This document shows positions 30,295-40,522 of a DNA stretch of 64,000 nucleotides, piece after piece. The notes under the pieces are model-generated. The model was not told the origin of the DNA. It searched no databases and saw only the letters and a list, made by a program, of their open reading frames with translations. The position numbers were made by a program, and so were the translations under genes. Each line of letters opens with the position of its first letter. The stretch's first letter is position 1. The stretch covers positions 8,151-72,150 of the forward strand of contig JAUSNP010000005.1 in the NCBI GenBank assembly GCA_030645735.1, written 5' to 3'. Source of the DNA: Candidatus Moraniibacteriota bacterium. GTDB taxonomy: Bacteria; Patescibacteriota; Minisyncoccia; Moranbacterales; UBA2206.

Positions 30295-30600
30295 ATGAAG
30301 ATAAAGAAAAACGATCAAGTTAAAATATTAGCTGGCAAAGACCGAGGAAAAACGGGCAAGGTTTTGCGAGTGCTTGCGACTGAAGATAAGATTATTGTAG
30401 AAGGTTTGAATATCGTGAAAAAGCATGTTAAGGCGAGAAAAGAAGGCGAGAGCGGACAACGCATCGAACTTCCAGGCAAGATCAATGTTTCCAACACGAT
30501 GTTAGTTTGTCCTAAATGTGGAAAAGCAACTCGAATTGGATATAAAATAACTGGCAAAGACAAGATGCGAATTTGTAAACAATGTAAAGCTGAATTATAA
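30295..30600 (+). CDS. rplX: 50S ribosomal protein L24
   Basis: KOW motif GKDRGKTGKV; CxxC pairs. Confidence 0.97.
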   Translation: MKIKKNDQVKILAGKDRGKTGKVLRVLATEDKIIVEGLNIVKKHVKARKEGESGQRIELPGKINVSNTMLVCPKCGKATRIGYKITGKDKMRICKQCKAEL

Positions 30601-30607
30601 GAAAAAT

Positions 30608-31156
30608 ATGTATAAATCAATCAAGGAAAAATATAATACTGAAGTTGTAGCTGAGATGAAAAAACAATTCGGTTTCAAAAGTACTTTGCAAGTGCCAAGA
30701 ATCGAAAAGGTTGTCATTAATGTTGGAATTGGAAAGTTTATCAAGGATTCAGCCCTGGTTGAAGATGTGAAAAAAACTATGATTGTGATTGCTGGCCAAA
30801 AACCAGTTATGACTCAAGCTAAGAAGTCTGTCGCTGGATTCAAGATTCGAGAAGGTCAAGAAGTTGGAATCAAGGTTACATTGCGAGGCAAACGAAAGTG
30901 GGCTTTCATTGAAAAATTGGTAAATTCTGCCATTCCTCGAGTGCGCGATTTCCAAGGAATCAAAGAATCAGCCGTGGATGCAAGTGGTAATTTCAATTTA
31001 GGAATCAAAGAGCATACAATTTTTCCAGAAATTTTGGCAGAAAATGTAAAAAACATTGTTGGATTCCAAATCAATATCACCACGACTGCTAAGAATCATA
31101 AAGAAGGATTGGAATTGTTCAGAACGTTGGGTTTCCCATTGGTAAAGAAAAATTAA
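30608..31156 (+). CDS. rplE: 50S ribosomal protein L5
   Basis: AGQKP, FKIREG, PRVRDFQG. Confidence 0.98.
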   Translation: MYKSIKEKYNTEVVAEMKKQFGFKSTLQVPRIEKVVINVGIGKFIKDSALVEDVKKTMIVIAGQKPVMTQAKKSVAGFKIREGQEVGIKVTLRGKRKWAFIEKLVNSAIPRVRDFQGIKESAVDASGNFNLGIKEHTIFPEILAENVKNIVGFQINITTTAKNHKEGLELFRTLGFPLVKKN

Positions 31157-31198
31157 ATTTGATAATAGAGAAAAATTAGAATTAAGTTTTAAAATAAT

Positions 31199-31384
31199 AT
31201 GGCAAAAAAATCTGTTGAAGCTAGAGCTCGAAAAACACCAAAATTTTCAACTCGGAAAGTCCTTCGCTGTTGGAGATGCGGTCGAAAGCATGGATATATG
31301 CGAGCATTTGATATTTGCAGAATCTGCTTTCGAGAATTAGCAAGTACAGGTCAAATTCCAGGAGTAAAGAAATCTAGTTGGTAA
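31199..31384 (+). CDS. rpsN: 30S ribosomal protein S14, zinc type
   Basis: CWRCG...CRICFRE, KSSW. Confidence 0.97.
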   Translation: MAKKSVEARARKTPKFSTRKVLRCWRCGRKHGYMRAFDICRICFRELASTGQIPGVKKSSW

Positions 31385-31436
31385 ATTATAAATGTTAATC
31401 GTTATCAGCCAATAATATTAGTTGAATAGTTGGCAG

Positions 31437-31479
31437 CCCGCTTCGACTCGATTAGACAATCAAGTCGAATCGAGGCGAG
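31437..31479. repeat. GC-rich imperfect palindrome in rpsN-rpsH spacer
   Basis: CCCGCTTCGACTCGATT...AAGTCGAATCGAGGCGAG. Confidence 0.65.
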
Positions 31480-31504
31480 TGAACCAATAACTAATCGAAA
31501 AATT

Positions 31505-31909
31505 ATGTTAGATCCTATAGCAGAAATGTTAACTCGAATACGAAACGCTCAAATGGCAGGGCATAAGGATGTTGTTATTTCAGCGTCTAAATTGAAATTG
31601 GCTATCGCTGATATTCTTAAGAAAGAAGGTTTTGTAGCGTCTGTTTCGAAAGAAAAACTCGAAGTTCTTGAGAACATCAAGATTGAATTGAAATATCACC
31701 GAACATCAAATACTCAGAAACTTCCAGCCATCAAGGAAATTAAAAGAGTTAGTAAGGAAGGTCAAAGAATTTATGTAAAGAATAAGGAAATCCGATCAGT
31801 TAAGAACAATTTTGGAATCTCAATCATCTCAACTCCAAAGGGTGTGATGACTGGTTTTGAAGCCAAGAAAGCTGGTTTGGGTGGAGAAGTCATTTGTGAA
31901 ATTTGTTAA
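31505..31909 (+). CDS. rpsH: 30S ribosomal protein S8
   Basis: DPIAEMLTRIRNA, STPKGVMT, GGE; start at ATG 31505. Confidence 0.97.
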   Translation: MLDPIAEMLTRIRNAQMAGHKDVVISASKLKLAIADILKKEGFVASVSKEKLEVLENIKIELKYHRTSNTQKLPAIKEIKRVSKEGQRIYVKNKEIRSVKNNFGISIISTPKGVMTGFEAKKAGLGGEVICEIC

Positions 31910-31954
31910 TTAATAGAGTAGAATACTTAAGACTAATAAGACGCATCAAAATAT

Positions 31955-32494
31955 ATGAGTAGAATTGGTAAAAAAATTATAACCATCCCAGAAGGAGTTA
32001 CCGTAACTCTTAATCAAGATATGCTTGAGGTTAAAGGACCAAAAGGTACTCTTAGTTTTGTGCATCACAAAGAAGTTTCTTTGGAAATTGGTGAAAAGGA
32101 AATCTCAGTTAAGAATGTAGGTAAAACAAAGAAAGCTCCAGCTATTTGGGGTTTGACTCGCGCACTGATTAGCAATATGATTGATGGCGTGAAAGAATCT
32201 TATGTTAAGAAATTGGAATTGCAAGGCGTTGGATATCGTATGGCAGTAGCTGGCAAAAAAATTAATATGGCCTTGGGTTTTTCCCATCCAGTGAATGTTG
32301 ATGTTCCAGAAGGCTTGGAAGCTAAGATTGAAGAAGGTGTTCTGGTGATTTCCGGTATTGACAAGCAATCTGTTGGACAATTTGCTGCTGAAATCAAAAG
32401 ATTGAAACCAGTCGAGCCATATAAGGGCAAGGGATTTAGATATGTTGGTGAACAAGTGCGAAGAAAAGCTGGTAAGAAAGCTGCTTCAAAATAA
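31955..32494 (+). CDS. rplF: 50S ribosomal protein L6
   Basis: MSRIGK, EPYKGKG. Confidence 0.98.
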   Translation: MSRIGKKIITIPEGVTVTLNQDMLEVKGPKGTLSFVHHKEVSLEIGEKEISVKNVGKTKKAPAIWGLTRALISNMIDGVKESYVKKLELQGVGYRMAVAGKKINMALGFSHPVNVDVPEGLEAKIEEGVLVISGIDKQSVGQFAAEIKRLKPVEPYKGKGFRYVGEQVRRKAGKKAASK

Positions 32495-32550
32495 AACTTG
32501 AATAAGACACATAAGACTTAATAAGACACATTTTAAAGAGCATAAGCTAT

Positions 32551-32898
32551 ATGAAAAAACTAAGTAGAAATCAAACAAGATTACATAGAAAGAAAAGAAT
32601 CCGAGCTAAGATCTCTGGAAGCTCTGAAATGCCAAGATTGGCTATTTTTAGAAGTCTTCGCAATGTTTCTATTCAAGTGATTGATGATATTTCAGGCAAG
32701 ACTCTTGTGTCGGCTAATCTTCTGGATTCGAAAGCTAAAAACACCGTAGATGGCGCTAAGGAATTGGGTAAATCTGTAGCGGAAAAATGTAAAGCTTTGA
32801 AAATTGAAAGTATTGTTTTCGATAGATCTGGCTACAAGTATCACGGAAAGATTAAGGCGGTAGCTGATGGGGCACGCGAGGCTGGACTTAAATTCTAA
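32551..32898 (+). CDS. rplR: 50S ribosomal protein L18
   Basis: FDRSGYKYHG, AREAGLKF. Confidence 0.98.
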   Translation: MKKLSRNQTRLHRKKRIRAKISGSSEMPRLAIFRSLRNVSIQVIDDISGKTLVSANLLDSKAKNTVDGAKELGKSVAEKCKALKIESIVFDRSGYKYHGKIKAVADGAREAGLKF

Positions 32899-32955
32899 TC
32901 TCATTTTAATTAGACGAATAGTACTAATAAGACGAATTTATAAAATATAAGGCAT

Positions 32956-33468
32956 ATGGGACGAGACAACAAAAATTTTAGAGGAAAAAAGGAAAAGCCT
33001 GAATTCGATCAGAAGCTTCTTGATTTGGCTCGCGTAACTCGCGTAGTTAAAGGTGGACGACGATTTAGATTCAGAGCAACTTTAGTTATTGGCAACAGAA
33101 AAGGCAAGGTTGGCGTGGGCGTTGGCAAAGGAGCAGATGTTTCTGATGCTATCAAAAAGGCTTTTGAAGATGCTAAGAAGAGCATGATTGTGGTCAAGAT
33201 CACTAAAGGAACAATCGCGCATGATATCAATTTTAAATCTAGAAGTGCTAAGATTATTTTGAAACCAGCGGTGGAAGGACGTGGAATTATTGCTGGTGGT
33301 GCCGTTCGATCAGTTGTTGAATTTGCTGGAATCAAAGATATTGTTTCTAAATCACTTGGAACAGCTAATAAATTGAGTGTGGCTCGCGCTACAGTTGAAG
33401 CGTTAGCAACCCTAAACCAAGCTCGAACTAGAAAAGAAAGAATCAATCCGGAAGTGAGCGCTAAGTAA
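32956..33468 (+). CDS. rpsE: 30S ribosomal protein S5
   Basis: RVTRVVKGGRRF, GIIAGG. Confidence 0.98.
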   Translation: MGRDNKNFRGKKEKPEFDQKLLDLARVTRVVKGGRRFRFRATLVIGNRKGKVGVGVGKGADVSDAIKKAFEDAKKSMIVVKITKGTIAHDINFKSRSAKIILKPAVEGRGIIAGGAVRSVVEFAGIKDIVSKSLGTANKLSVARATVEALATLNQARTRKERINPEVSAK

Positions 33469-33500
33469 TCAACAGCTTTTAAAAAAGTTTATTCAAATAT

Positions 33501-33938
33501 ATGCAGATAAATACGCTAAAAATTAAGACCCCCAAGCAAAAAAGAAAGACTATTGGTCGTGGTGGAAGAAAGGGGACTTATTGTGGAAAAGGAAATAAGG
33601 GTCAAAAAGCGCGAAGTGGTTGCAAAATCAATCCGTTGTTTGAAGGCGGTCGCTCAACTTTGGTTGATCACATGAAGAAAAAGCGTGGATTTACTTCACT
33701 AGCTAAAACTGTTAAAACTATTGATATTGCTGAATTGGAAAAGAACTTCAAAAGCGGCGAAATGGTGAGTATTGAGACCTTGGCCAACAAGAATTTGATC
33801 AGAAAAATCCAGACCTCTGCTAAAGTAAAACTCCTTGGAAACTCAGAATTGACAGTCAAATTGACCATTGCAGCTGGAATCTTGCTCAGCGCGTCTGCAA
33901 AGAGCGCCGTTGAGGCAGCTGGTGGAAAAGTAGAATAA
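33501..33938 (+). CDS. rplO: 50S ribosomal protein L15
   Basis: GRGG, KGQKAR, FEGG; no rpmD upstream. Confidence 0.97.
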   Translation: MQINTLKIKTPKQKRKTIGRGGRKGTYCGKGNKGQKARSGCKINPLFEGGRSTLVDHMKKKRGFTSLAKTVKTIDIAELEKNFKSGEMVSIETLANKNLIRKIQTSAKVKLLGNSELTVKLTIAAGILLSASAKSAVEAAGGKVE

Positions 33939-34019
33939 TCTTCGATAATAGTGTATTATAAAAGGGTGGCGCAAGCCCCCTTTTATTGTTAAAATCTTAA
34001 TAATTAGTCTATTAAAAAT

Positions 34020-35291
34020 ATGCTGGAAAAAATAACACAGATTTTTAGGGTTAAAGAATTACGCAATAAGATCTTATTCATCATTGGAATTTTAATTATT
34101 TTTCGTTTAATTGCAACCATTCCTGTACCAGGAGTTGATCAAGAACAATTAAAAAACTTTTTTAGTAGCAATCAGTTCTTCGGGCTATTGAATCTTTTCT
34201 CGGGTGGCGGACTCAGTAGTATTTCAATTGTTATGTTGGGTGTCGGTCCATACATCACCGCTTCAATCATCATGCAACTTTTGACGATGATTGTTCCATC
34301 ACTAGAACAAATTTACAAAGAAGAGGGTGAGGCTGGTCGACAAAAATTCAATCAATGGACTCGTTGGGCAACTGTGCCTTTGGCAGCTTTGCAAACTTTT
34401 GGAATGATTTCACTTTTGCGCTCACAAAATATTTTGGGTGCAGTTTCAAGTTTTGAAATGTTTTCTATTATCACCGTGGCAATCGCTGGAACAATTTTGC
34501 TGATGTGGTTGGGGGAGCTTATCACAGAAAAGAAAATTGGTAACGGTGTTTCTCTGATCATCTTTGCGGGAATCGTAGCTGGTTTGCCAGCGAGCCTTTC
34601 TCAAATTTCAGCGACTTTTGATTCATCCCAACTCTTCACTTATATTATTTTAGGTGCAGTTATTATTGCAGCTATTTTTGGGGTGGTTATTATGACCGAA
34701 GGCCAAAGAAATATTCCAGTTTCCTATGCTAAAAGAATTCGGGGTAACAAAATGTTTGGTGGGTCTTCGACTCATTTGCCATTGCGTGTCAATCAAGCGG
34801 GGGTGATTCCAATCATCTTTGCTATGTCAATTATGTTGTTTCCCGGTATGATTGCCAATTTTTTGGCGACTGCTTCCAATCCGACGGTGGCGAGTATTGC
34901 TAAGAGTGTCGGCAACATTTTTCAAAATCAACTTTTCTATGGTTCAGCCTACTTTGTGTTGGTAGTGGCTTTCACTTATTTCTACACCGCGGTAGTTTTT
35001 GATCCACACAAAATTTCTGAAAGTTTGCAAAAACAAGGTGGTTACATTCCAGGCATTCGACCAGGAAAAACCACCGCGGAATATCTATACAAAATTATCA
35101 ATCGCACAACTTTGTCAGGTGCCATCTTTTTGGGCACCATCGCAGTTTTGCCATTTGTCATTCAAGGCTTCACAAATATGAAATCAATCTCCATTGGCGG
35201 AACTGGTCTTTTGATTGTTGTTTCAGTAGTCATTGAAACAGTGAAACAAATTGAAGGACAGTTGGTGATGAGGGACTATGAAGGATTTTAA
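34020..35291 (+). CDS. secY: Preprotein translocase SecY
   Basis: PYITASII, GIGNG-like KIGNGVS, IPGIRPG, GGTGLLI. Confidence 0.98.
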   Translation: MLEKITQIFRVKELRNKILFIIGILIIFRLIATIPVPGVDQEQLKNFFSSNQFFGLLNLFSGGGLSSISIVMLGVGPYITASIIMQLLTMIVPSLEQIYKEEGEAGRQKFNQWTRWATVPLAALQTFGMISLLRSQNILGAVSSFEMFSIITVAIAGTILLMWLGELITEKKIGNGVSLIIFAGIVAGLPASLSQISATFDSSQLFTYIILGAVIIAAIFGVVIMTEGQRNIPVSYAKRIRGNKMFGGSSTHLPLRVNQAGVIPIIFAMSIMLFPGMIANFLATASNPTVASIAKSVGNIFQNQLFYGSAYFVLVVAFTYFYTAVVFDPHKISESLQKQGGYIPGIRPGKTTAEYLYKIINRTTLSGAIFLGTIAVLPFVIQGFTNMKSISIGGTGLLIVVSVVIETVKQIEGQLVMRDYEGF

Positions 35292-35356
35292 TCGCGAAAC
35301 GTAAAACGCATAACGCATAACGCGATTTGCGTTCCACGTTCCATGTTCAACGTTAA
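35292..35356. repeat. Bipartite 7-mer array (AACGCAT-type left arm, CGTTCCA-type right arm)
   Basis: aacgtaaaacgcataacgcataacgcg...gcgttccacgttccatgttcaacgtt. Confidence 0.85.
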
Positions 35357-36007
35357 ATGAATATTATCATCTTAGGACAACAAGGCAGTGGCAAAGGAAC
35401 TCAGGCTGAGTTTTTAGCTAAAGAAATGAGTTTGATCCATATCGACATGGGCAAGACTTTGCGTGAGGTTGCAAAACTGGACACACCGTTAGGACGAGAG
35501 ATATATGATATCCAAAATGTCACCAAAACTCTTGTGCCAAGCCGAATTTTGCGTGAGGTTTTGCATTTTAAGCTTGGGTCAATCCCTAGCGAGCAGGGTA
35601 TTGTTTTCGATGGTGTTCCAAGAACAATGGATCAATCTGAATATATGGAAGAAGCTTTGCAAGAGTTTGGCAGAAAAATTAACGCGGTCTTTTTTATAAA
35701 TATTTCTGAGGCAGAATCAATTAAGCGAATTTCTAAGCGTTGGATATGTAAGGATTGCAAAAGCGTTTTTATTATGGGAAAAGATGTTAAGGATGAAAAA
35801 GAGAAATGTCCAAAATGTGGAGCAGAAATAACACAACGAAATGACGACACAGTTTCTGGCATCAAAAAAAGACTGCAAGTTTTTGCAGAGGAAACAATGC
35901 CAGTGATAAACTATTATAAAGAACAGGGTGTCTTGGTGGAAATCAATGGTGAGCAGGAGATTGAAAAAGTTGCAGGAGAGATTATTAAAAATATAGAGCA
36001 AATATGA
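35357..36007 (+). CDS. adk: Adenylate kinase
   Basis: GQQGSGKGTQA, DGVPR, Zn-lid CxxC...CxxC. Confidence 0.95.
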   Translation: MNIIILGQQGSGKGTQAEFLAKEMSLIHIDMGKTLREVAKLDTPLGREIYDIQNVTKTLVPSRILREVLHFKLGSIPSEQGIVFDGVPRTMDQSEYMEEALQEFGRKINAVFFINISEAESIKRISKRWICKDCKSVFIMGKDVKDEKEKCPKCGAEITQRNDDTVSGIKKRLQVFAEETMPVINYYKEQGVLVEINGEQEIEKVAGEIIKNIEQI

Positions 36008-36768
36008 TTATAATTAAGACTCAGAAAGAAATAGACGCCATGCGGACGGGTGGGAAAATCCTAGCTTCGGTCATGGAAGAGCTTGGGCGTGTTGTGGCGC
36101 CAGGAAAGAATACTTTTGAAATAGATGCACTAGCGGAAAAATTGATTTTGGAGGCTGGTGGCACTCCAGTTTTCAAAGGTTATGGCAAAGAATCTGGCAA
36201 TCCATTTCCCGCTACAATTTGCGCTTCAATCAATGAGGAAATTGTGCATGGTATTCCTAGCAAAAAACGAGTTTTGCGCGAAGGTGATATTTTCAAAATC
36301 GACATTGGGATGCGCTTTGAGGGGATGATTACAGATATGGCGCGCACATATCCTGTGGGAAAAATTTCGGTGGAAGCGCAAAAAATTCTGGATGTGACGC
36401 GTGAATGTTTGAATGTAGGTATTGAAAAAATACAAGCTGGTAGAAAATTGAGTGACTATTCCGTGGCCGTGCAAAAATATGTGGAAGCGCAGGGTTTTTC
36501 CGTAGTGCGTGATTTAGTGGGACATGGTGTGGGCAAAGATTTGCATGAAGATCCGCATATTCCAAATTATAAATCTCAAGAAAAAGAAATAGTTTTGCAA
36601 TCTGGCATGACCTTGGCGTTGGAGCCGATGATTAATGTTGGAACATATAAAATAAAATTAGCTTCAGATAAATGGACCTATGTAACCGTGGACGGCAAGC
36701 TAAGTGCTCATTTCGAGGACACAGTCTTGGTAACTGAAGTCGGAGTAGAAATTTTAACGCGAAAATAA
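36004..36768 (+). CDS. map: Methionine aminopeptidase type I
   Basis: SINEEIVHG, GHGVG..LHEDP, EPM, SAHFE. Confidence 0.97.
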   Translation: MIIIKTQKEIDAMRTGGKILASVMEELGRVVAPGKNTFEIDALAEKLILEAGGTPVFKGYGKESGNPFPATICASINEEIVHGIPSKKRVLREGDIFKIDIGMRFEGMITDMARTYPVGKISVEAQKILDVTRECLNVGIEKIQAGRKLSDYSVAVQKYVEAQGFSVVRDLVGHGVGKDLHEDPHIPNYKSQEKEIVLQSGMTLALEPMINVGTYKIKLASDKWTYVTVDGKLSAHFEDTVLVTEVGVEILTRK

Positions 36769-36770
36769 TC

Positions 36771-37181
36771 ATGGAAGAAACATTGGAAACTGAGCATTTT
36801 TTGGGTCTGGATTATGGTAAAGCCAAGATTGGCTTAGCGGTGGCTGATTCAGAGGTGAAAATTGCCTTTGCGCACAGCACTCTGGACAATGACCGAAACG
36901 CTTTAGACAAAATCGGGGATATTATTGTGGCAGAAGCAGTTGGGGTTGTGGTCATTGGCAAGCCCAAAGAAACTGAGCAGTATAATTCTGTGAGTGTTTC
37001 CCGTTTCGCCTCGGAAATTTCGGAATCATTTCCATTGGTCAGGATAGAATTTGAAGATGAAATGTTCACGACTAAAATGGCTGAAGACAGATTGAAGGAA
37101 AAAGGCGCCAAAAAGATTAAAAATCTGGACAATCAAGAAGCAGCCAGGATAATTCTACAGAGCTGGTTGGATCGACAATAA
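36771..37181 (+). CDS. yqgF: YqgF/RuvX pre-16S rRNA nuclease
   Basis: LGLDYGKAKIGLA, DEMFTT, AARIILQ. Confidence 0.9.
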   Translation: MEETLETEHFLGLDYGKAKIGLAVADSEVKIAFAHSTLDNDRNALDKIGDIIVAEAVGVVVIGKPKETEQYNSVSVSRFASEISESFPLVRIEFEDEMFTTKMAEDRLKEKGAKKIKNLDNQEAARIILQSWLDRQ

Positions 37182-37193
37182 AATGAATATTCC

Positions 37194-37224
37194 TGTAGAG
37201 ACGCCCCGACGGGGCGTCTCTACA
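37194..37224. repeat. GTAG-type REP palindrome
   Basis: TGTAGAGACGCCCCG-A-CGGGGCGTCTCTACA perfect 15-bp arms. Confidence 0.9.
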
Positions 37225-37296
37225 TTTTGAATCTTGCTTTTTTGTGCTATAATTTACACAAATGCAGCAAGGCATAATCTATTAAGATACAGAAAA

Positions 37297-38055
37297 ATGG
37301 AAGAACAAAATAAACCATATTTGTCAGTTATAATCCCCGCCTATAACGAAGGCTCTCGTAAGGGTGAAGATTTGAAGAAGAATCTAGAAGAGATTGGTTT
37401 GCATTTGCGTGAAAAGGGTGTTAGTTATGAAGTAATTGTGGTGAATGATGGTTCAAAGGATGATACAACGGAGTTCGTTAGGGGCTTATCAGGCTTAGTT
37501 ACTAAACTTGAGGTAATTGATCGTAAAGAAAATCGCGGTAAATGGTATTCCGTGCGCGAAGGTTTGTTGAAAGCTAATGGTAAATTTAGACTTATGACAG
37601 ACGCAGATGGAGCAACCTCAATTATTAACTTGGAAAACTTTTGGCGCGAAATGGAAGCTGGTGAGCAAGTGATAATCGGCTCTCGGGATTTGAAAGAATC
37701 CAACATTCAAAAACATCAACCAAGGTGGAAAGAATTGATGGGCGATGCTGGTAATCTTCTCATTCAGTTTATGATGGGATTGCGTGGACTTGAGGATACG
37801 CAGTGTGGTTTCAAAATGCTTTCAGAAAAAGTTGTGCTGGATGTGGTGCCGCAAATGCAAGTTGATCGTTGGGGTGGAGATTTTGAAATGTTGATGCTGG
37901 CCAGAAAAATGGGCTATCATATCGTAGAAATTCCCGTAGTTTGGGAAGATGCCGGCCTGAGTCTAGTAGGTGCTAGTGGTTACGCAAATACCTTGAAAGA
38001 ACTTTTTCAAGTTAAATGGCGGATGATTATGGGAAAATATAAATATAAGAAGTAA
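37297..38055 (+). CDS. GT2 glycosyltransferase (dolichyl-P glucosyltransferase-like)
   Basis: IIPAYNE, DGSKD, DAD, DTQCGFK. Confidence 0.93.
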   Translation: MEEQNKPYLSVIIPAYNEGSRKGEDLKKNLEEIGLHLREKGVSYEVIVVNDGSKDDTTEFVRGLSGLVTKLEVIDRKENRGKWYSVREGLLKANGKFRLMTDADGATSIINLENFWREMEAGEQVIIGSRDLKESNIQKHQPRWKELMGDAGNLLIQFMMGLRGLEDTQCGFKMLSEKVVLDVVPQMQVDRWGGDFEMLMLARKMGYHIVEIPVVWEDAGLSLVGASGYANTLKELFQVKWRMIMGKYKYKK

Positions 38056-38088
38056 ATTTAGTTTATCGGCAGGATTTAAAATAAAAAA

Positions 38089-39108
38089 GTGGAGCAAAAT
38101 AAAAACAAGAAAAAAATACAATTGACGGAACTGCGCCAAGATTTGGTGACGGGCGACTGGGTGGTGATTGCCACTGGGCGCGCCAAGAGACCAGAGGAGT
38201 TTGCCTCAAGTCGCAGGACGCTCATAGAGGAGGATCAAAGTCATCCATGTTTTTTTTGTCATCCAGAAGAAACAGATCAGGAAAAAGATGTTTTGATTTA
38301 TGAAAAATCCAATGGTGATTGGAGCTTGCGAGTTTTTCCCAATAAATATCCATCTTTCGTGAGCGGACGAGCCCCGAAACATCTGGAAGAGGGTCCCTAT
38401 TTTGCGATGGATGGCACGGGCTATCATGAATTGATTGTGACACGCGATCACCATCGACAAATTGCGCAAATGAATTTTCTGGAAGTGGCTGAAATGATTG
38501 ATGCCTATCAAGAGCGCTATATCGATTTGATGAACAAAAAAAGCGTCAATTACATTGAAGTTTTTCACAATCATGGCAAGGAAGCCGGCGCATCAATTGC
38601 GCATCCACATTCACAGTTGATGGCTATTCCAGTGGTTTCACCATATGTAAAATCGGAACTGGATGGCGCAGAGATGTATCATAGAGCCAACAAGAGTTGC
38701 GTCTATTGCGCGATGATTGCTTGGGAAACTGAACATAAAAAAAGAATTGTTTTTGAAAATGATGATTTCGTGGCCTTCTGTCCTTTTTCATCTCGTGCAG
38801 CTTTTGAAGTTTGGGTTCTGCCGAAAAAACATAAGCCATATTTTGAAAGAACGGCCGACAAAGACAAGATGGCGCTGGCAGAAGTGTTACAAATTTCAAT
38901 TAACAAAGTCTACAAGGCGTTAGAAGATCCAGCCTACAATTTCTACATTCACACCTCGCCGTGTGATGGCAAGGATTATCCGCACTATCATTGGCACATT
39001 GAAATTATTCCGCGCACGGCTGTTTGGGCTGGCTTTGAACTTTCAACTGGCATTGAAGTTTCTTCAATACAACCAGAAATGGCCGCTGAGTATTTAAGAA
39101 AGACTTAA
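38089..39108 (+). CDS. galT: Galactose-1-phosphate uridylyltransferase
   Basis: RAKRP, CFFC, NKYP, GASIAHPHSQ. Confidence 0.93.
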   Translation: MEQNKNKKKIQLTELRQDLVTGDWVVIATGRAKRPEEFASSRRTLIEEDQSHPCFFCHPEETDQEKDVLIYEKSNGDWSLRVFPNKYPSFVSGRAPKHLEEGPYFAMDGTGYHELIVTRDHHRQIAQMNFLEVAEMIDAYQERYIDLMNKKSVNYIEVFHNHGKEAGASIAHPHSQLMAIPVVSPYVKSELDGAEMYHRANKSCVYCAMIAWETEHKKRIVFENDDFVAFCPFSSRAAFEVWVLPKKHKPYFERTADKDKMALAEVLQISINKVYKALEDPAYNFYIHTSPCDGKDYPHYHWHIEIIPRTAVWAGFELSTGIEVSSIQPEMAAEYLRKT

Positions 39109-39128
39109 TTTCTTTAAGATTGTATTTC

Positions 39129-39749
39129 ATGGGAATTTTTGATTTTATTTTGCACATTGATGTGCATTTGGGTGAGCTGATTGTGACTTATGGAAAGTTA
39201 ACCTATGCTATTTTGTTTTTGATAATCTTTGCTGAAACTGGTTTTGTTTTCACTCCATTTTTGCCTGGTGATTCATTGCTCTTTGCTGGCGGTATGTTTG
39301 CGGCCACTGGATCGTTCAATGTGATTGTTTTGGCACTTCTGCTTTGGTCTGCAGCTTTTTTGGGCGACAATATAAATTATTGGATAGGTCATTATTTTGG
39401 ACAAAAGATAATCAATAATAAATATATCCCAATTAACCAGAAACATATTGATAAGACGCAAGAATTTTATGAGAAGCATGGTGGCAAGACAGTTTTTTTG
39501 GCTCGTTTTATGCCGATTGTTAGAACCTTTGCGCCATTTGTCGCGGGCATTGGCAAGATGCAATATCGAAAGTTTGTTTCTTATAGTTTTCTAGGTGGTT
39601 TCACTTGGATAGTTGGTTTTGTTTTCGTTGGATATTTTTTCGGTAACATTCCAGTTATCAAGAATAATTTTTCCGTGGTGATTATGGGTATAATAATAAT
39701 TTCAGTTTTCCCAGCCATATTTAAATTGGTGAAGAGTAAACTTAAATAA
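39129..39749 (+). CDS. dedA: DedA family membrane protein
   Basis: FAETG, FLPGDSLLF, ARFMPIVRTFAP. Confidence 0.95.
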   Translation: MGIFDFILHIDVHLGELIVTYGKLTYAILFLIIFAETGFVFTPFLPGDSLLFAGGMFAATGSFNVIVLALLLWSAAFLGDNINYWIGHYFGQKIINNKYIPINQKHIDKTQEFYEKHGGKTVFLARFMPIVRTFAPFVAGIGKMQYRKFVSYSFLGGFTWIVGFVFVGYFFGNIPVIKNNFSVVIMGIIIISVFPAIFKLVKSKLK

Positions 39750-39754
39750 AAAAT

Positions 39755-40522
39755 ATGAAAAAATTTGTCATTGGAAATTTGAAGATGAATATCTTGTCGA
39801 TGTCTGAGCGCGAAATCTATTTGAAAGGCATGGATCGCGTGACTACGGGCAAGAAATTCACGGGTACAGAAATTATTTTGTGTCCGCCATTTGTACATTT
39901 GGAGGGTTTCAAGAAATGGAAAAACAAGAAGGTGAAACGCGGAGCGCAAGATATATTTTTTGAAAATAAAGGTTCTTTTACGGGTGAAATTTCTCCAGTC
40001 ATGCTCAAGAATTTCGGTTGTGAATATGTGATCATTGGACATAGTGAAAGAAGAAAATATTTTGGTGAAAGTGGAGAATTTATTAATCACAAAATCATCG
40101 CAGCGCTGGGAAATGATTTGCATCCAATTTTGTGTGTTGGTGAAACGAAAGACGAAAAGGATTCTGACTACACCTTGGAAGTTATCACGCGCCAAGTCAA
40201 GGAAGCTTTGGCGGGCGTGAGTCGCGCCAAGGCTGGCCAAATTATCATTGCCTATGAACCAGTTTGGTCAGTTGGGACAGATGCCCTGCCAACCTCTAAT
40301 GAAGTGATGGGTGCTAAGCTCCTCATTCGCAAGATTTTGCATGAACTTTTTGGCAAGAAATATGCTGAAGAGGTGGCGATTTTGTATGGTGGCAGTGTTA
40401 GTGCCAAAACTGTCCAGCAAGTTTGCATTGATTCAGAAATGGATGGAGCACTGATTGGCCGAGAGAGTTTGACCCCAGGAGATTTTATAAAAATTGCAGA
40501 AATAATAAATAATAACCAATAA
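39755..40522 (+). CDS. tpiA: Triosephosphate isomerase (divergent)
   Basis: GNLKMN, GHSERR, AYEPVW, YGGSV. Confidence 0.93.
   Translation: MKKFVIGNLKMNILSMSEREIYLKGMDRVTTGKKFTGTEIILCPPFVHLEGFKKWKNKKVKRGAQDIFFENKGSFTGEISPVMLKNFGCEYVIIGHSERRKYFGESGEFINHKIIAALGNDLHPILCVGETKDEKDSDYTLEVITRQVKEALAGVSRAKAGQIIIAYEPVWSVGTDALPTSNEVMGAKLLIRKILHELFGKKYAEEVAILYGGSVSAKTVQQVCIDSEMDGALIGRESLTPGDFIKIAEIINNNQ

Noticed and set aside
31430-31504. N-terminal extensions of S8 (also L11, L1, Fba, NuoE) in the ORF track
   Set aside because: They come from reading through intergenic repeats; downstream ATGs match the family starts.
33469-33500. Missing rpmD (L30) as a novelty
   Set aside because: Known CPR trait; used only as taxonomic evidence.
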